Assembly: GCA_038087875.1 (NCBI GenBank)
Contig: CM075991.1
Span: 2,914,001 to 2,978,000, forward strand
DNA: 64,000 nucleotides
Direction: 5' to 3'
From: Malacoraja senta
Taxonomy: Eukaryota
Shown: piece after piece, positions 12,030-23,605 of the stretch
Layout of the letters: every line of letters begins with the position of its first letter
How positions within the stretch are numbered: the stretch's first letter is position 1
Position numbers and translations under genes: made by a program
The notes under the pieces: generated by a model
Seen by the model: only the letters and a program-made list of their open reading frames with translations
What the model was told of the DNA's origin: nothing
Database searches by the model: none

Positions 12030-13550
12030 GATTATGTTTAAGATAGTCATGGATCGGGACGGAGACGGGCACGTGTTAAAATGCTCAAGTTTGCTGACGA
12101 AAGCTCAGGATATGTACGTCCCCGTTAGAGTGAAGGACAAAGCAGGCAAACGTAAGGAAGCTTGGCTGACGAGGAAAATTGGTGGGAACTATAGGCCGGT
12201 GAGCTTAACATCTGTAGTTGGAAAGTTACCAGAGAGTATTCTGAGGGATAGGTTATACAGGCATTTGGACGGGCAAGGGCTGATTAGGGATAGTCAGCAT
12301 GGTTTTGTCCGTGGACGGTCGTGTCTCACAAATCTGATTGATTTTTTTGAAGACGTGAGCAAAATGGTTGATGAAGGCAGAGCTGTAGATGTTGTGTACA
12401 TGGACTTTAGTAAGGCATTCGACAAGGTTCCGCATGGTAGGCTGCTCTGGAAGGTTAGATCGCATGGGATCCAAGGAGAGATAGCTGAATGTTTAGCAAA
12501 TTGGCTCCATGGAAGGAAGCAGAGGGTGATGGTGGAAGGTTGCTCTCGGACTGGAGGCCTGTGACTCGTCGTGTGCCACAGGGTTCGGTGCTGGGCCCGT
12601 TACTGTTTGTCATCTACATCAATGATTTGGATGAGAACATACAGGGCAAGATTTGCAAGTTTGCTGATGATACAAAAGTTAGTGGGTTTGCAGATAGTGA
12701 AGATGGTTGTGAAAGATTGCAGCAGGATCTGGATCGATTGGCCAGGTGGGCGGAAGAATGGTTGATGGAATTTAATACAGAGAAATGTGAGGTGTTGCAT
12801 TTTGGGACGTCGAACAAGGGCAGGACCAATACAGTGAATGGTAGTCCTCTGGGTAGTGTTGAAGAACAGAGGGATCTAGGAGTACAGGTGCATGGTACCT
12901 TGAAGGTTGAGTCACAGATAGATAAGGTGGTCAAAAAGGCTTTTGGCACTTTGTCCTTCATCAGTCAGAGTATAGAAGTTGTGAGGTCATGTTGCAGTTC
13001 GATAAGACGTTGGTGAGACTGCATCTAGAATATTGTGTTCAGTTCTGAGCACCATGTTATAGGAAAGATATTGTCAAGCTTGAAAGGGTTCAGAAAAGAT
13101 TTACGAGGATGTTGCCAGGACTAGAGGGTGTGAGCTATAGGGAGAGGTTGAGTAGGCTGGAGCGCAGGAGGATGAGAATTGATCTTATAGACATGTACAA
13201 AATGATGAGATGAATCGATCGGGTAGATGCACTGAGTCTCTTGCCCAGAGTAGGGGAATCGAGGACCAGAGGACATAGGGTGAAGGGGAAAAGATTTAAT
13301 AGGAATCTGAGGGGTAACTTTTTCACACAAAGGGTGGTGGGTGTGTGGAACAAGCTGCCAGAGGAGGTAGTTGAGGCTGGGATTATCCCATCGTTTAAGA
13401 AACCGTTAGACAGGTACATAGAGAGGACAGGTTTGGAGGGATATGGACCAAGTGCAGGCAAGTGGGACTAGTGTAGCTGGGACATTGTTGGTTGGTATGG
13501 GCAAGTTGGCCGGAGGGCCTGTTTCCACACTGTATCACTCTATGACTCTA
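12030..13550 (+). mobile_element. CR1 LINE RT fragment with 3' end, frameshifted
   Basis: NYRPVSLTSVVGK, YMDFSKAFDKVPH, VPQGSVLGP, FADD and RGNFFTQRVV motifs. Tail gggcctgtttccacactgtatcactctatg. Confidence 0.93.
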
Positions 13551-13928
13551 GACACAAAATGCTGGAGTAACTCAGCGGGACCAGCAGCATCACTGGAGAG
13601 AAGGAATGGGTGATGACCCGAAACGTCATCCATTCCTTCTCTCCAGAGATGCTGCCTGTCCCGCTGAGTTACTCCAGCATTTTATGTCTACCTCACCTGT
13701 ATCCACCTATCACTTGCCAGGCTTTGTTCAGCCCGCACCTCTCTTTTCCAGCTTTTCCCATCTATTCCATCATTCTTAAGAAGGGTACTGACCCGAAACT
13801 TTGTCTGTACATTTCCCTTCCACAGATGCTGACTGACATGCTGAGTTGCTCCAGCGCTTTGTATTTTGCTTAGGATTCCGGTATCTGCAGTCTCTTATAT
13901 TTCTAATTCTATGGTGTTGTAAGCAAGA

Positions 13929-13949
13929 TCTCTCTCTCTCTCTCTCTCG

Positions 13950-13980
<31 letters not shown>

Positions 13981-13992
13981 TCTAGCTCTCTC
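13929..13992. repeat. (CT)n microsatellite
   Basis: Directly visible, imperfect. Confidence 0.95.
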
Positions 13993-14194
13993 CTAGCAGT
14001 CAATGGCGACATTATGTTAATATGTTAATCATTCTGAATGACATGCCTATCGTTAGCATCAACAGTATGAACATTGAATTCTCCAACTATAGATAACTTC
14101 TACAGACACTCCCTGAAGTAACAGTTTTTACAACGTCTCAAGGATTTAGTCCTCGCTAGTCACAATAATTGATTAAAAAAAAAAAAAAAAAAAT

Positions 14195-14765
14195 TTTAGT
14201 AGAAGCAATTGTACAGAGATAAAACATTCGGCATCTAGAATTATACAATTATTGTACAGCTTCATTTTTAACCTTATAACCTAAATTATGAAAATGAAAA
14301 AAGAAAGGTAAAAGAAAACAAGAAAGAAAAAAAGTAGAAAGGGAAAAGATAGATTAAAGAAGAACAAAAGAGAATCTCCTAAACTACCAAAGTAGTGTGG
14401 CAGAAAGATATAAAAATAAGAAAAAAGAAAAAGAAAAGTGGAGATATACCTTGCCCCTCGTGTCCCCCCCCCCCCCCCCCCCCCCCCGCCCGCCTCACCC
14501 AACCCAGCATCGGTTTTAAATTTAAATTTGTGTTGCACCATGCTATTGTAAGAATTCGGTAAAGGGTGTCCATGTCTTAAGTAATTGATCTGTTTTTTCT
14601 GCCAAGACAAGCCTAATATTTTCCAAATGTAGTGTCTCGGACATGTTTGTGATCCACATCGTCATTGTAGGGACTGTTGTCTGATTCCAAAATGTAAGTA
14701 TTAATTTTTTCGCCGTTATTAGGCCATAGTTAAGGAAACATCTTTGAAATATCGTTAGCTCAGAA
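14195..14765 (-). mobile_element. L1-clade LINE 3' fragment
   Basis: Translates FLNYGLITAKKLILTFWNQTTVPTMTMWITNMSETLHLENIR...KTWTPF (L1 ORF2 C-terminus), followed by a G/T-rich 3' UTR. Confidence 0.75.
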
Positions 14766-16855
14766 CAGGCCTTAGTCACTTCAATTGATGAGTGTGGATC
14801 AGAAGGTAATCTATACGCACCCACGAGCTCTCCATGAGACATTCAATGCCGTCGAAAGTTGAATATTCCAGAAACAGTCTCTTGATTAATAGTTTCTTTA
14901 TTGAAGTACAAAGCAGTAAGATAATTCATAAAAGCTTCTTCTTGTATAAGTACGTTTCAATCATACTCGTGGTCATGCTCGTGCATGGTCGAGAACTATG
15001 TCTCTCCCATGAACTTCATCAAACAAAACTAAATTCCTTATGAGTCTGCGCCAGAATCCCAGCCGCAAACATGCCTCAGACGACGTGTAAATCCCACCCA
15101 TATAATTACAGGCAGATAAAATTTAAAGGTAACTGCTTATACTTATATTATGCAGAGTTAAACCAAATGTCTGCGACACTCCCCTTCCACCCTCCCTTTA
15201 ACTTCAAAACCCCACTCCTTCATTTACCCCACCCCCACCCTCCCCTAAACCCTAGCTGACCTTGCACCGGTTTCTCCCTCCCTCCCAACCCCCTTCCCCC
15301 CCACCCCCTCCCCAAATTACATTCCCTCCTACAGCTTCACAAATTGTAACTTTTCAAGACTCGAGCTTCAACTATTGTCAACTTTATCCTTATGGCTCAA
15401 CCCTGATTTTTCTCATCTCTGGCCTTTGTACAACAATCTGCATATAACCCTCCCCCCCCCATATCAACCGCTCCCCCCCCCCCATATTAACCCGCCCCCC
15501 CCAACGCTGTCCATGTTCACCTATTACCGGCCATGTTTAACCTGCCCCTCCTCTCGTCCAGCTTTCTTTCCGCCCCTCCACCCCGCAAACAGTGAAGAAG
15601 GGTCCCGACCGGAATGCTCATCCATCCATGTCCTCCCGATATGCTGTCTGACCCGCTGAGATACTCCAGCATTTTGTGTCTTTCCCCCCAGCATCAAACT
15701 TCATTTCTGTAGTTTCCCTTTTCCAACTAATGGTGTTAATCTGCTCTTACATCTTTGTTCTCGTCCTTTGTTCTTTATGTTTGAACTTGCTGTCATCCAG
15801 AAAGGCCAAGAATATGTTCATAGGTTATAGGTGCAGAATTAGGCCATTTGGCCCATCAAGTCTACTCCGCCATTCAATCATGGCTGATCTATCTTTCAAT
15901 AGACAATAGGCACTAGGTGCAGGAGTACGCCATTTGGCCCTTTGAGCCAGCACCGCCATTCAATGTGATCATGGCTGATCATCCCCAATCAGTACCCCGT
16001 TCCTGCCTTCTCCCCATATCCCCTGACTCTGCTATCTTTAAGAGCCCTATCTAGATCTCCCTTGAAAGCACCCAGAGAACAGACCTCCACCGCCCTCTGA
16101 GGCAGAGAATTCCACAGACTCACAACTCTCTGTGAGGAAAAAGTGTTTCCTCGTCTCTGTTCTAAATGGGTTACTCCTTATTCTTAAACTGTGGCCTCTG
16201 GTTCTGGACTCCCCAACATCGGGAACATGTTTCCCTCTCATCCCTTCTCCTGCCTTCTCCCCATAACCCCTGACAATAATATAGAGACATTTCCTTGAAT
16301 GTCAATTGAAACTGTACCCTCACCCAGAGGCATGTTTGCTAACTGAACTCTATAAGAGGCCAATGGGCTGCTTAAGAGTACACCTCATATAAGAGGAGTA
16401 GGCAGATTTACAGTTTTGTTTACAATTTTAACAGGTTTTCAATTAAAAACTGTATTCCTCAGCCACTGGTTTTACCTACTTCAATATATCCACAAGGTGC
16501 TACCATACTATTCATAAACCACACAATGATTTGCAAAGTTAATTTAGAGATACAGCGTGAAAACAGGCCCTTATACCCACCAAGTCCACGCCGACCGATC
16601 GAGCCCCGCACACTAGCACTATCCTACACACACTAGGGACAAAATGTTCAATTTTACGAAGCCAATTAACCTACATACCTGTACATCTTTGGAGTGTGGG
16701 AGGAAACCGGAGCTCCCAGAGAAAACCCAAGCAGGTCACAGGGAGAACGTACAAACTCCGTTCTGACAGCACCATTAGTCTGGTGGTATAAGGCAGTAAC
16801 CATGCCGCCACGAGGAAGAACAAGGGAAGGTCCAAGCTAATTATATCACCTGTAG

Positions 16856-17653
16856 TGTTTAAGAAGGAACTGCAGATGCTGGAAAATCGAAGGTACACAA
16901 AATGCTGGAGGAACTCAGCGGGTGCAGCAGCATCTATGGAGCGAAGGAAATAGGCAACGTTTCGGGCCGAAACCCTTCTTCAGACTGATAGGGGGTGGGG
17001 GGGCGGGTGGGCGGGGAGAAGAAAGGAAAAAGGAGGAGAAGCCCGAGGGCTGAGGGAGAGATAGGAAGGGAGGAGACAGCAGGGGCTAGCAAAATAGGAA
17101 GAATTCAATGTTCATGCCCCCAGGATGCAGACTCCCCAAGCGGAATATGAGGTGCTGTTCCTCCAATATCCGGTGTTGCTCGCTCTGGCCATGGAGACCC
17201 AGGACAGAGAGGTCGGATACGGAATGGGAGGGGGAGTTGAAGTGCTGAGCCACCGGGAGGTCAGGTTGGTTTTTGCGGACCGAGCGGGGGTGTTCGGCGA
17301 AACGGTCGCCAATCCTTCTCTTGGTCTCACCGATGTAGATCTGCGACAGAGGTTCACCTGCATCTCCTCCAACCTCATCTATTGCATCCGCTGCTCTAGA
17401 TGTCAGCTGATCTACATCGTTGAGACCAAGCGAAGGCTTGCCGATCGTTTCGCATTGAATTCTCCCTATTTTGCTAGCCCCTGCTGTCTCCTCCCCTTCC
17501 TTTCTCTCCCTCAGCCCTCTGGCTCCTCCTCCTCCTTTTACCTTTCTTCTCCCCATCAGTCAGAAGAAGGGTTTCGGCCCGAAACGTTGCCTATTTCCTT
17601 CGCTCCATAGATGCTGCTGCACCCGCTGAGTTTCTCCAGCATTTTTGTGTACC
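16856..17653. mobile_element. Penelope-like element: inverted (fold-back) insertion of the GIY-YIG 3' end plus pseudo-LTRs
   Basis: Minus arm encodes IYIGETKRRIGDRFAEH...VAQHFN...EEQHLIFRLGSLHPGGMNIEF. Plus arm encodes NLIYCIRCSRCQLIYIVETKRRL. TSD ttatatcacctgtag at 16841-16855 and 17654-17668. Confidence 0.9.
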
Positions 17654-18553
17654 TTATATCACCTGTAGGTTCCCTTCCAAGCTGCAATCAATCCTGACTT
17701 GGAAATCAATAGACGTTCCTTTGTCTTTGGGTGTCTTTGCAGACTCCCCATCCAATGGTATTAACCAAATCTTAACCAAGAGTCTTCACTGCAGGATTTT
17801 GTGGTCTTCTGGAAATCAAAATAGAACAGGATGGCATAGGGGCGCAGAGGTAGAGATACTGCCTTACAGCGCATGAGACCCAGGTTCGATTCTGACTACA
17901 GGTATTGTCTGTATGGAGTTAATACATTTTCCCCGTGACCACGTGGGTTTTCTCCGGATGCTCCAATTTCCTCCCACATTCCAAAGACGTGCAGGTTTGT
18001 ACGTTAATTAGTTTCTGTAAATTGTCCCTATTGTGTAGGGGAGAACTAGTGTATGAATGATCATTGGTTGGCACAGACTCGCTGGGCCGAAAGGCTTGTT
18101 TCCACACTGGATCTCTAAACCAAACTAAACATAGAACATAGAATACAGCACAGGAACAGGTCTGCAGCCCACAATGTCTGTGCCAAGTTCAACTAACCTC
18201 CTCTGCCTACATGTGATCCACATCTCTCCTTTGCTTGCTTATCTTAAAGCCTACTAAATGGCATTTTCCTATCTGACTCCACCTCCAGGCATTCACCATT
18301 CTCTGTGTAAAAAACATGTACAGCAAGTTTTAAAATTTGCCTCTCTCATTTTAAAGTTATGCCCTCTAGTCTTCGACATCTCTGCCCTGGGGAAAGGATT
18401 CTGACTGTTTCCACTATAGTGACGGAATTCCAAGAGTTAATCTCAGAAAAGATCCTGGAATTTATGCCTTGGTAGGCAGGCGGTTTGATTAATTGAATTT
18501 GAAGACAGCACCTGCCACATCTCGAGGATTAATAATTTTGTGTTTACCGACAG

Positions 18554-18687
18554 GGCCTTTTCTTGGAGGTGCTGTTGTCAAAACGATTGGGTTCCAATGG
18601 CTGATGTCCATCATCGGAGCCATCAACATTTGCTATTCTCCACTCTGTTTCATCCTAAGGAACCCACCCGTCAATGAAGAGAAAATG
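18554..18687 (+). CDS. SLC18A1: VMAT1-like coding exon (TM12), 134 bp
   Basis: acag|GG CCT...AAA ATG|gtaatc. Translates [44 protein letters not shown]. Confidence 0.94.
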
Positions 18688-18734
18688 GTAATCAATGTTA
18701 AAAGGTCTTTGGCTTTCGGTGATGGATGGAGTCA

Positions 18735-19345
18735 GGGGTGGAGACTGGGGTCAGTCTGGAGTGGGGTGGGAGGAGTGGGGTGGGGAGAGTGACGGGTGAG
18801 GGATGGGGTGATGAAGAGTGAAGAAAAGTGGGGTGGGGTGCTGAGCATTGGGAGGGGAGAGCATCCGGGTGGTGAGAGGCGAGATGGTGAGGGATAAGAT
18901 GATGAGGAGTGGTGGGGTGGGGAGGAGTGGGCTGGTGAGTGATGAGGTGGGGAGGGGGTGAGGTGGTGAAGAGAGGGAGGGTAGAGGTGTGGGGTAGTGA
19001 CGAATCAAGTGGTGAGGAGTACGGTGCTGGGGAATGGGAGGGGAGGGGAGGGGAGTGAGGGGATGATGAGTGGTGGTGAGGAGTGAGGGGGTGAGGAGTA
19101 AGGGTTGTGAGGAGGAAGGGCTGGTGAGGAGGGGGTGGTGAGGAGTGAGAACAAGGGGTGAGGAATAGGGTGACAAGTGGGGGGGTGGGGAGTGGAAGGG
19201 GAGAGGAGTGAGGTGATGAGGAGTGAGCTGGTGAAGAGTAATGTGGTGAAGTGGAAGTTGAGAGTAGAACAGTGAGGAGAGGAGTATTGGGGAGTGGGCT
19301 GTGAGGAGTGGGAGGGGAGAGGGTAATTAGAAAAGGAAGCAGGTA
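18735..19345 (+). repeat. G/purine-rich low-complexity tract
   Basis: About 600 bp of GGTGAGGAG/GGGGTG-like units with very few C on the + strand. Confidence 0.9.
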
Positions 19346-22188
19346 AGGATCATGAACTGGTATATTCAAGATTTAGTGAAAGGATAAGACAACTTTGGGA
19401 GATGGTGTGTATGGTAGGAAGCACTGAACCTTGAGCACGATCAGAACAGAACAGTACAGCACAGGAACAGGCCACTCGGCCCACTATTTCTGTACCAATC
19501 ATGATGCCGCGGTAAAGTAATCTCCTCTGCCAGCACATGATCCATTTCCCTCCATTCGCTGCATATCCATGTGCCTATGTAAAAGCCTATTAAATACTAC
19601 AATAGTATCTGCCTCCACCACCACCCCAGGCACCCACCACTCTCTGTGTAAAAACCTTGACCCACACGCCTTCTTTAAACTTTGCCCCTCTCAGTTAAAT
19701 GCCTCTAGTCTTTGACATTTCCAGCTTGGGAAAAGGGGTCTACCCAATCTATGCCTCTCATAATTTTACATCCGGCGGTACGGTGGCGCAGCGGTTGAGT
19801 TACTGCTGGTTCGATGACCCAGGTTCGATCCCGACTACGGGCGCTGTCTGTACGAAGTTTGTCCGTTCTCCCTGTGACCGCGTGGGATTTCTCCGTGAGC
19901 TTCGGTTTTCTCCCACACTCCAATCGGCTTGGTATAGATGTAAAATTGCCCTTAGTGTGAATGATAGCGTTAGTGTGCGGGGATCACTGGTTAGCACGGA
20001 CTCAGTGGGCCAAACGGTCTGTTTCCGCGCTGTATCTCTGAACTAAACTACCTGGATTAGAGTGCATTTGCTATAAGGAGAGGTGGATACATTTTTTTTA
20101 ATAGAATGCCAGAGGTAGAGGAGAGATCTGATAGATGTTTTAGTTTTAGTAACCAGAGCTCCCAGAGAAAACCCACACAGTCATGTGGAGAAAGTACAAA
20201 CTCTGTATAAACAGCACCCGTAGTCAGGATCAAACCCGGGTCTGTGGAGCTGTAAGGCAGCAACTCTACCACTGCGCCACTGCGCCACCCCTCTTCCAGT
20301 AAATTATGCACTGGGATTGAGCGAAGGGTTGTGAACATTAAGTAAAAGGAGACAATGAATTCATTGGATTCCTTGGCAATAGACTGGAAATGGATGGGCC
20401 TCTACAGTTTTGATACCTCAACAGTCCAATTCGCACAGTTAGAGTCATAGTCATCGAGCACGGTCACAGGCCCTTCTGCGTTTGGACCATATCCTTCTAG
20501 ATCTTTCCTATCCATGTACCTGCTCATGTGTCTTAAATGTTATTATAGTGCCTGCCTCAACTACTTCCTCTGGCAGCTCATTCCCTGTATCCAGCACCCT
20601 CTGAGTGAAAAACTTGCCTTCCCTTCTCACCTTAAACCGATGTCCTCTGTTTCTTGATTCCTCTACCGTGGGAAAATAAATTCTGTGCATTCACCCTACC
20701 TACAGTACTCCCCTCAATATTTTATACACATATATAAGATCTCGGCTTCCAGCGCTCCAAGGAAGAAATTCTCAGCCTTCCCAACCTCTCATTATAGCTC
20801 AGACCCTCAAGCCTTGGCACCATCCTCGTGAGGCTTTGCACAATAACTTTGTCCAAGTAATGTCAAAACATGCACTACATGCGACCAATGTCATCTGCAT
20901 GGTTCATGTGCATCCTACAGATGACCCAGAACAAATCCTTGAAACTAAGATAGACACAAAATGCTGGAGTTACTCAGCGGGACAGGCAGCATCTTTGGAG
21001 AGAAGGAATGGATGACGTTTCAGGTCAAGACCTTTCTTCAGACTGATGTCAGGGGATTGGGTGGTACATCGATAAGGAAGTGCAAGGTGTGAAAACAGGA
21101 CAAAGGGAATGGAGAAGTCTTTGAAGTCCTTAAGCTGTTGTGCCTCTGCAATAACGTTTTTTTGACTAAATTCAACCATATAACACAGTGCTGAGCTGAA
21201 AATTGAACTGTAGCCAATATTGAGTTATTCATTACTGTTTCTGAGACGCTTGTACATGGTGCACTTGTTAACTTGGATTCTAAAAGTATTGTCTGTAAAA
21301 CGCTCTAGGGTGGGGGGGGGGGCGGGGTGCTGGGATAGTAAACATGTTATAGAAATACTCAGTTGAGCACCTGCTTCATTGTACCAGAGACCAGGCTTCA
21401 ATCCTGACCTTGGGTGCTGGCTATGTGGAGTTCACACGCTCACCTTGAGAGTTCCCTCTGGTTTTCTCCCACATAACAAGGACATGCGGGTTTATAGATT
21501 AATCGGCCCTCTTTAAATTGCCTTTGGTGTGTATAGAGTGGATGGGAGAATGGGATAACATAGAGCTAGTAAGAACGTCCGGTCACTGATTGGTGTGAAC
21601 TCAGTGGGCCGAAGGGCCTGTTTCCATGCTGTATCTCTAAACTAAACCAAATGTCCTTATTTTCAAGAAGGAGCAAATCTAGACGATTACAGTGTCTGAA
21701 ACTCTGTGTGTGTAGTATTGATGTATGGCCACTTAAAAAATCCCTACTTTAGGAATTAACCAATTTGTTTAAAATGGATTAATAATGTCATCAAACTATG
21801 GGGTAAAGAGGTTTCAGGGATTGTCAAGTATTTGTGCGCTAATAATGGACAATATCATGAGTGGGGTAGAGAGGGTAAATGCAGAGTCTTTTACCCAGAG
21901 TGGAGGAATCAAGAACCAGAAGATAGAGGAAAGATTTAATAGGAATTGAGGTGCAACTTTTTCCACAGAGGTTGATGGGTGATCAGAATGACCTGCCAGG
22001 AGGTAGTTGAGGCAGATACTATAACAACATTTAAAAGACTTGGACAGGTACATAGATAGGAATATGGGCCATATGCGGGCAGATGGACTAGCTAAGATGA
22101 GGCATCTCAGTTAGCATGAGCAAGTTGGACTGAAGGCCTGTTTCCATGCTGTATGACTCTATGCCTAATATCTACTCTTTAAATACTA

Positions 22189-22410
22189 GGTAGGCAAAAA
22201 TGCTGGAGAAACTCAGCGGGTGAGGCAGCATCTATGGAGCGAAGGAAATAGGCAATGTTTCGGGTTGAGAGCCATCTTCGGACCTGAAGAAGAGTCTCGA
22301 CCCGAAATGTTGCATATTTCCTTCGCTCCATAGATGCTGCCTCACCCGCTGAGTTTCTCCAGCATTTTTGTCTACCTTCGATTTTCCAGCATCTGCAGTT
22401 CCTTCTTAAA
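22189..22410. mobile_element. Fold-back Penelope pseudo-LTR palindrome
   Basis: About 80-bp inverted arms. TSD ctctttaaatacta at 22175-22188 and 22411-22424. Confidence 0.85.
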
Positions 22411-22446
22411 CTCTTTAAATACTAATCATTTTGCTTTTATTTATAG

Positions 22447-22554
22447 ATGATTTTGAACCAGGACTATACAGCCAATTGTTACACTTCCGAGAGGTTCGGT
22501 CAAGAAATTCCGATGACAGGAGCCAATAATACAGAAGCAGGAGGCACTAAATAA
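22447..22554 (+). CDS. SLC18A1: VMAT1-like terminal coding exon (cytosolic tail)
   Basis: Pyrimidine tract then ttatag|ATG ATT TTG AAC CAG GAC...AAA TAA. Translates MILNQDYTANCYTSERFGQEIPMTGANNTEAGGTK*. It completes the EEKMxIL dileucine motif and resembles VMAT1 AILSQD. Confidence 0.85.
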   Translation: MILNQDYTANCYTSERFGQEIPMTGANNTEAGGTK

Positions 22555-23125
22555 AGTCAGTGCGATGGCTTGCACAATGGTGGTCAGAAAAAGTCTTGTA
22601 ACACTATTCTGCCAATAAATTGAAGCCACCATTTAGTTCGGTGTCAAATGACCAGTATGTGTGACCAAACACAGCGTGGAGACACATGGACTGCTGTATT
22701 TGAAACGACAGTGAAACATCAGAGTGCATAAGAACACCACAGGCCGTTTGGTACAACTCTTTCTTCCTTCCCCCTTCCTCCCCAATCCCCTGCATCCAAA
22801 TCTGTTAACATATTCTTCTATTCCTTTCTCTAGCATTTGTTTATCCAGCTTTCATTAAATAGTCTTCATATATTCACCAGATCCGCCCTTGTGATAGTGA
22901 ATTCCATATTTCTAAAACTCATGGTGCATGGCAGTTTTTCCTATATTTTCAATTTATATCATTTGTAACTATCATAATGATGGACTGTAGTTTCACAATC
23001 TACAAGGTGAAGACCCCTTCTCTTGTCTATCTTTTTAAATGTTCTAATTTCTTAAACGTCGTATTGCCTTCAAGAGACACAAGTGTTTATCATCATATGC
23101 ATCAGATATGAACTGGAACAATAAA
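22550..23125 (+). terminator. Candidate polyadenylation signals of the VMAT gene
   Basis: AATAAA at 22550-22555 (overlapping the stop codon), 22614-22619 and 23120-23125, in repeat-free sequence after the stop. Which one is used cannot be determined. Confidence 0.45.
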
Positions 23126-23297
23126 ATTCTTACTTTACGCTCCATGAATCACCATCCTTCTAATCAAGATTTGATATGTTTACATAATTGCTTTTTAAAT
23201 ATCTCTCCATAAATGAACTGCAGAGTTTTGTTTGCCTTTTATATCCTGATTAACTTGTCTCAATTACACTTCTGTTCCACAAGGTAATTAATTTTTT

Positions 23298-23605
23298 TGT
23301 TTAGTTTAGAGATACAGCGCAGAAACAGGCCCTTCGGCCCATCGAGTCTGCGCCGACCAGCGATCCCCACACACTAACACTATCCTACACGCACTAAGGA
23401 CAATTTACAATTTTACCGAAGCCAATTAACCTACAAACCTGTATATCTTTGAAGTGTGGGAGGAAACCGGAGCGCCCGAGAAAACCCATGCAGGTCACGG
23501 GGAGAGCGTACAAACTCCATACAGACAGCACCCGTGGTCAGGATCGAACCCGGGTCTCTGGCGCTGTCAGGCAGCAACTCTACCGTTGTGCCACTGTGCT
23601 GCCCA
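23298..23605 (-). mobile_element. tRNA-derived V-SINE (HE1-like). Other - copies at about 1266-1560, 10155-10620, 16543-16810, 20155-20288, 26550-26830, 38622-38905, 39475-39870 and 57310-57605
   Basis: Reverse complement of the same A/B box, core and CR1-tail structure. Confidence 0.9.

Noticed and set aside
14770..15170. Unique-looking segment with some CpGs next to the L1 fragment
   Set aside because: Could not be assigned to any gene or repeat from sequence alone.
18698..19369. Long Pro/His/Ser-rich minus-strand ORFs (223 and 141 aa)
   Set aside because: Artefacts of the C-rich low-complexity strand; no splice or homology support.
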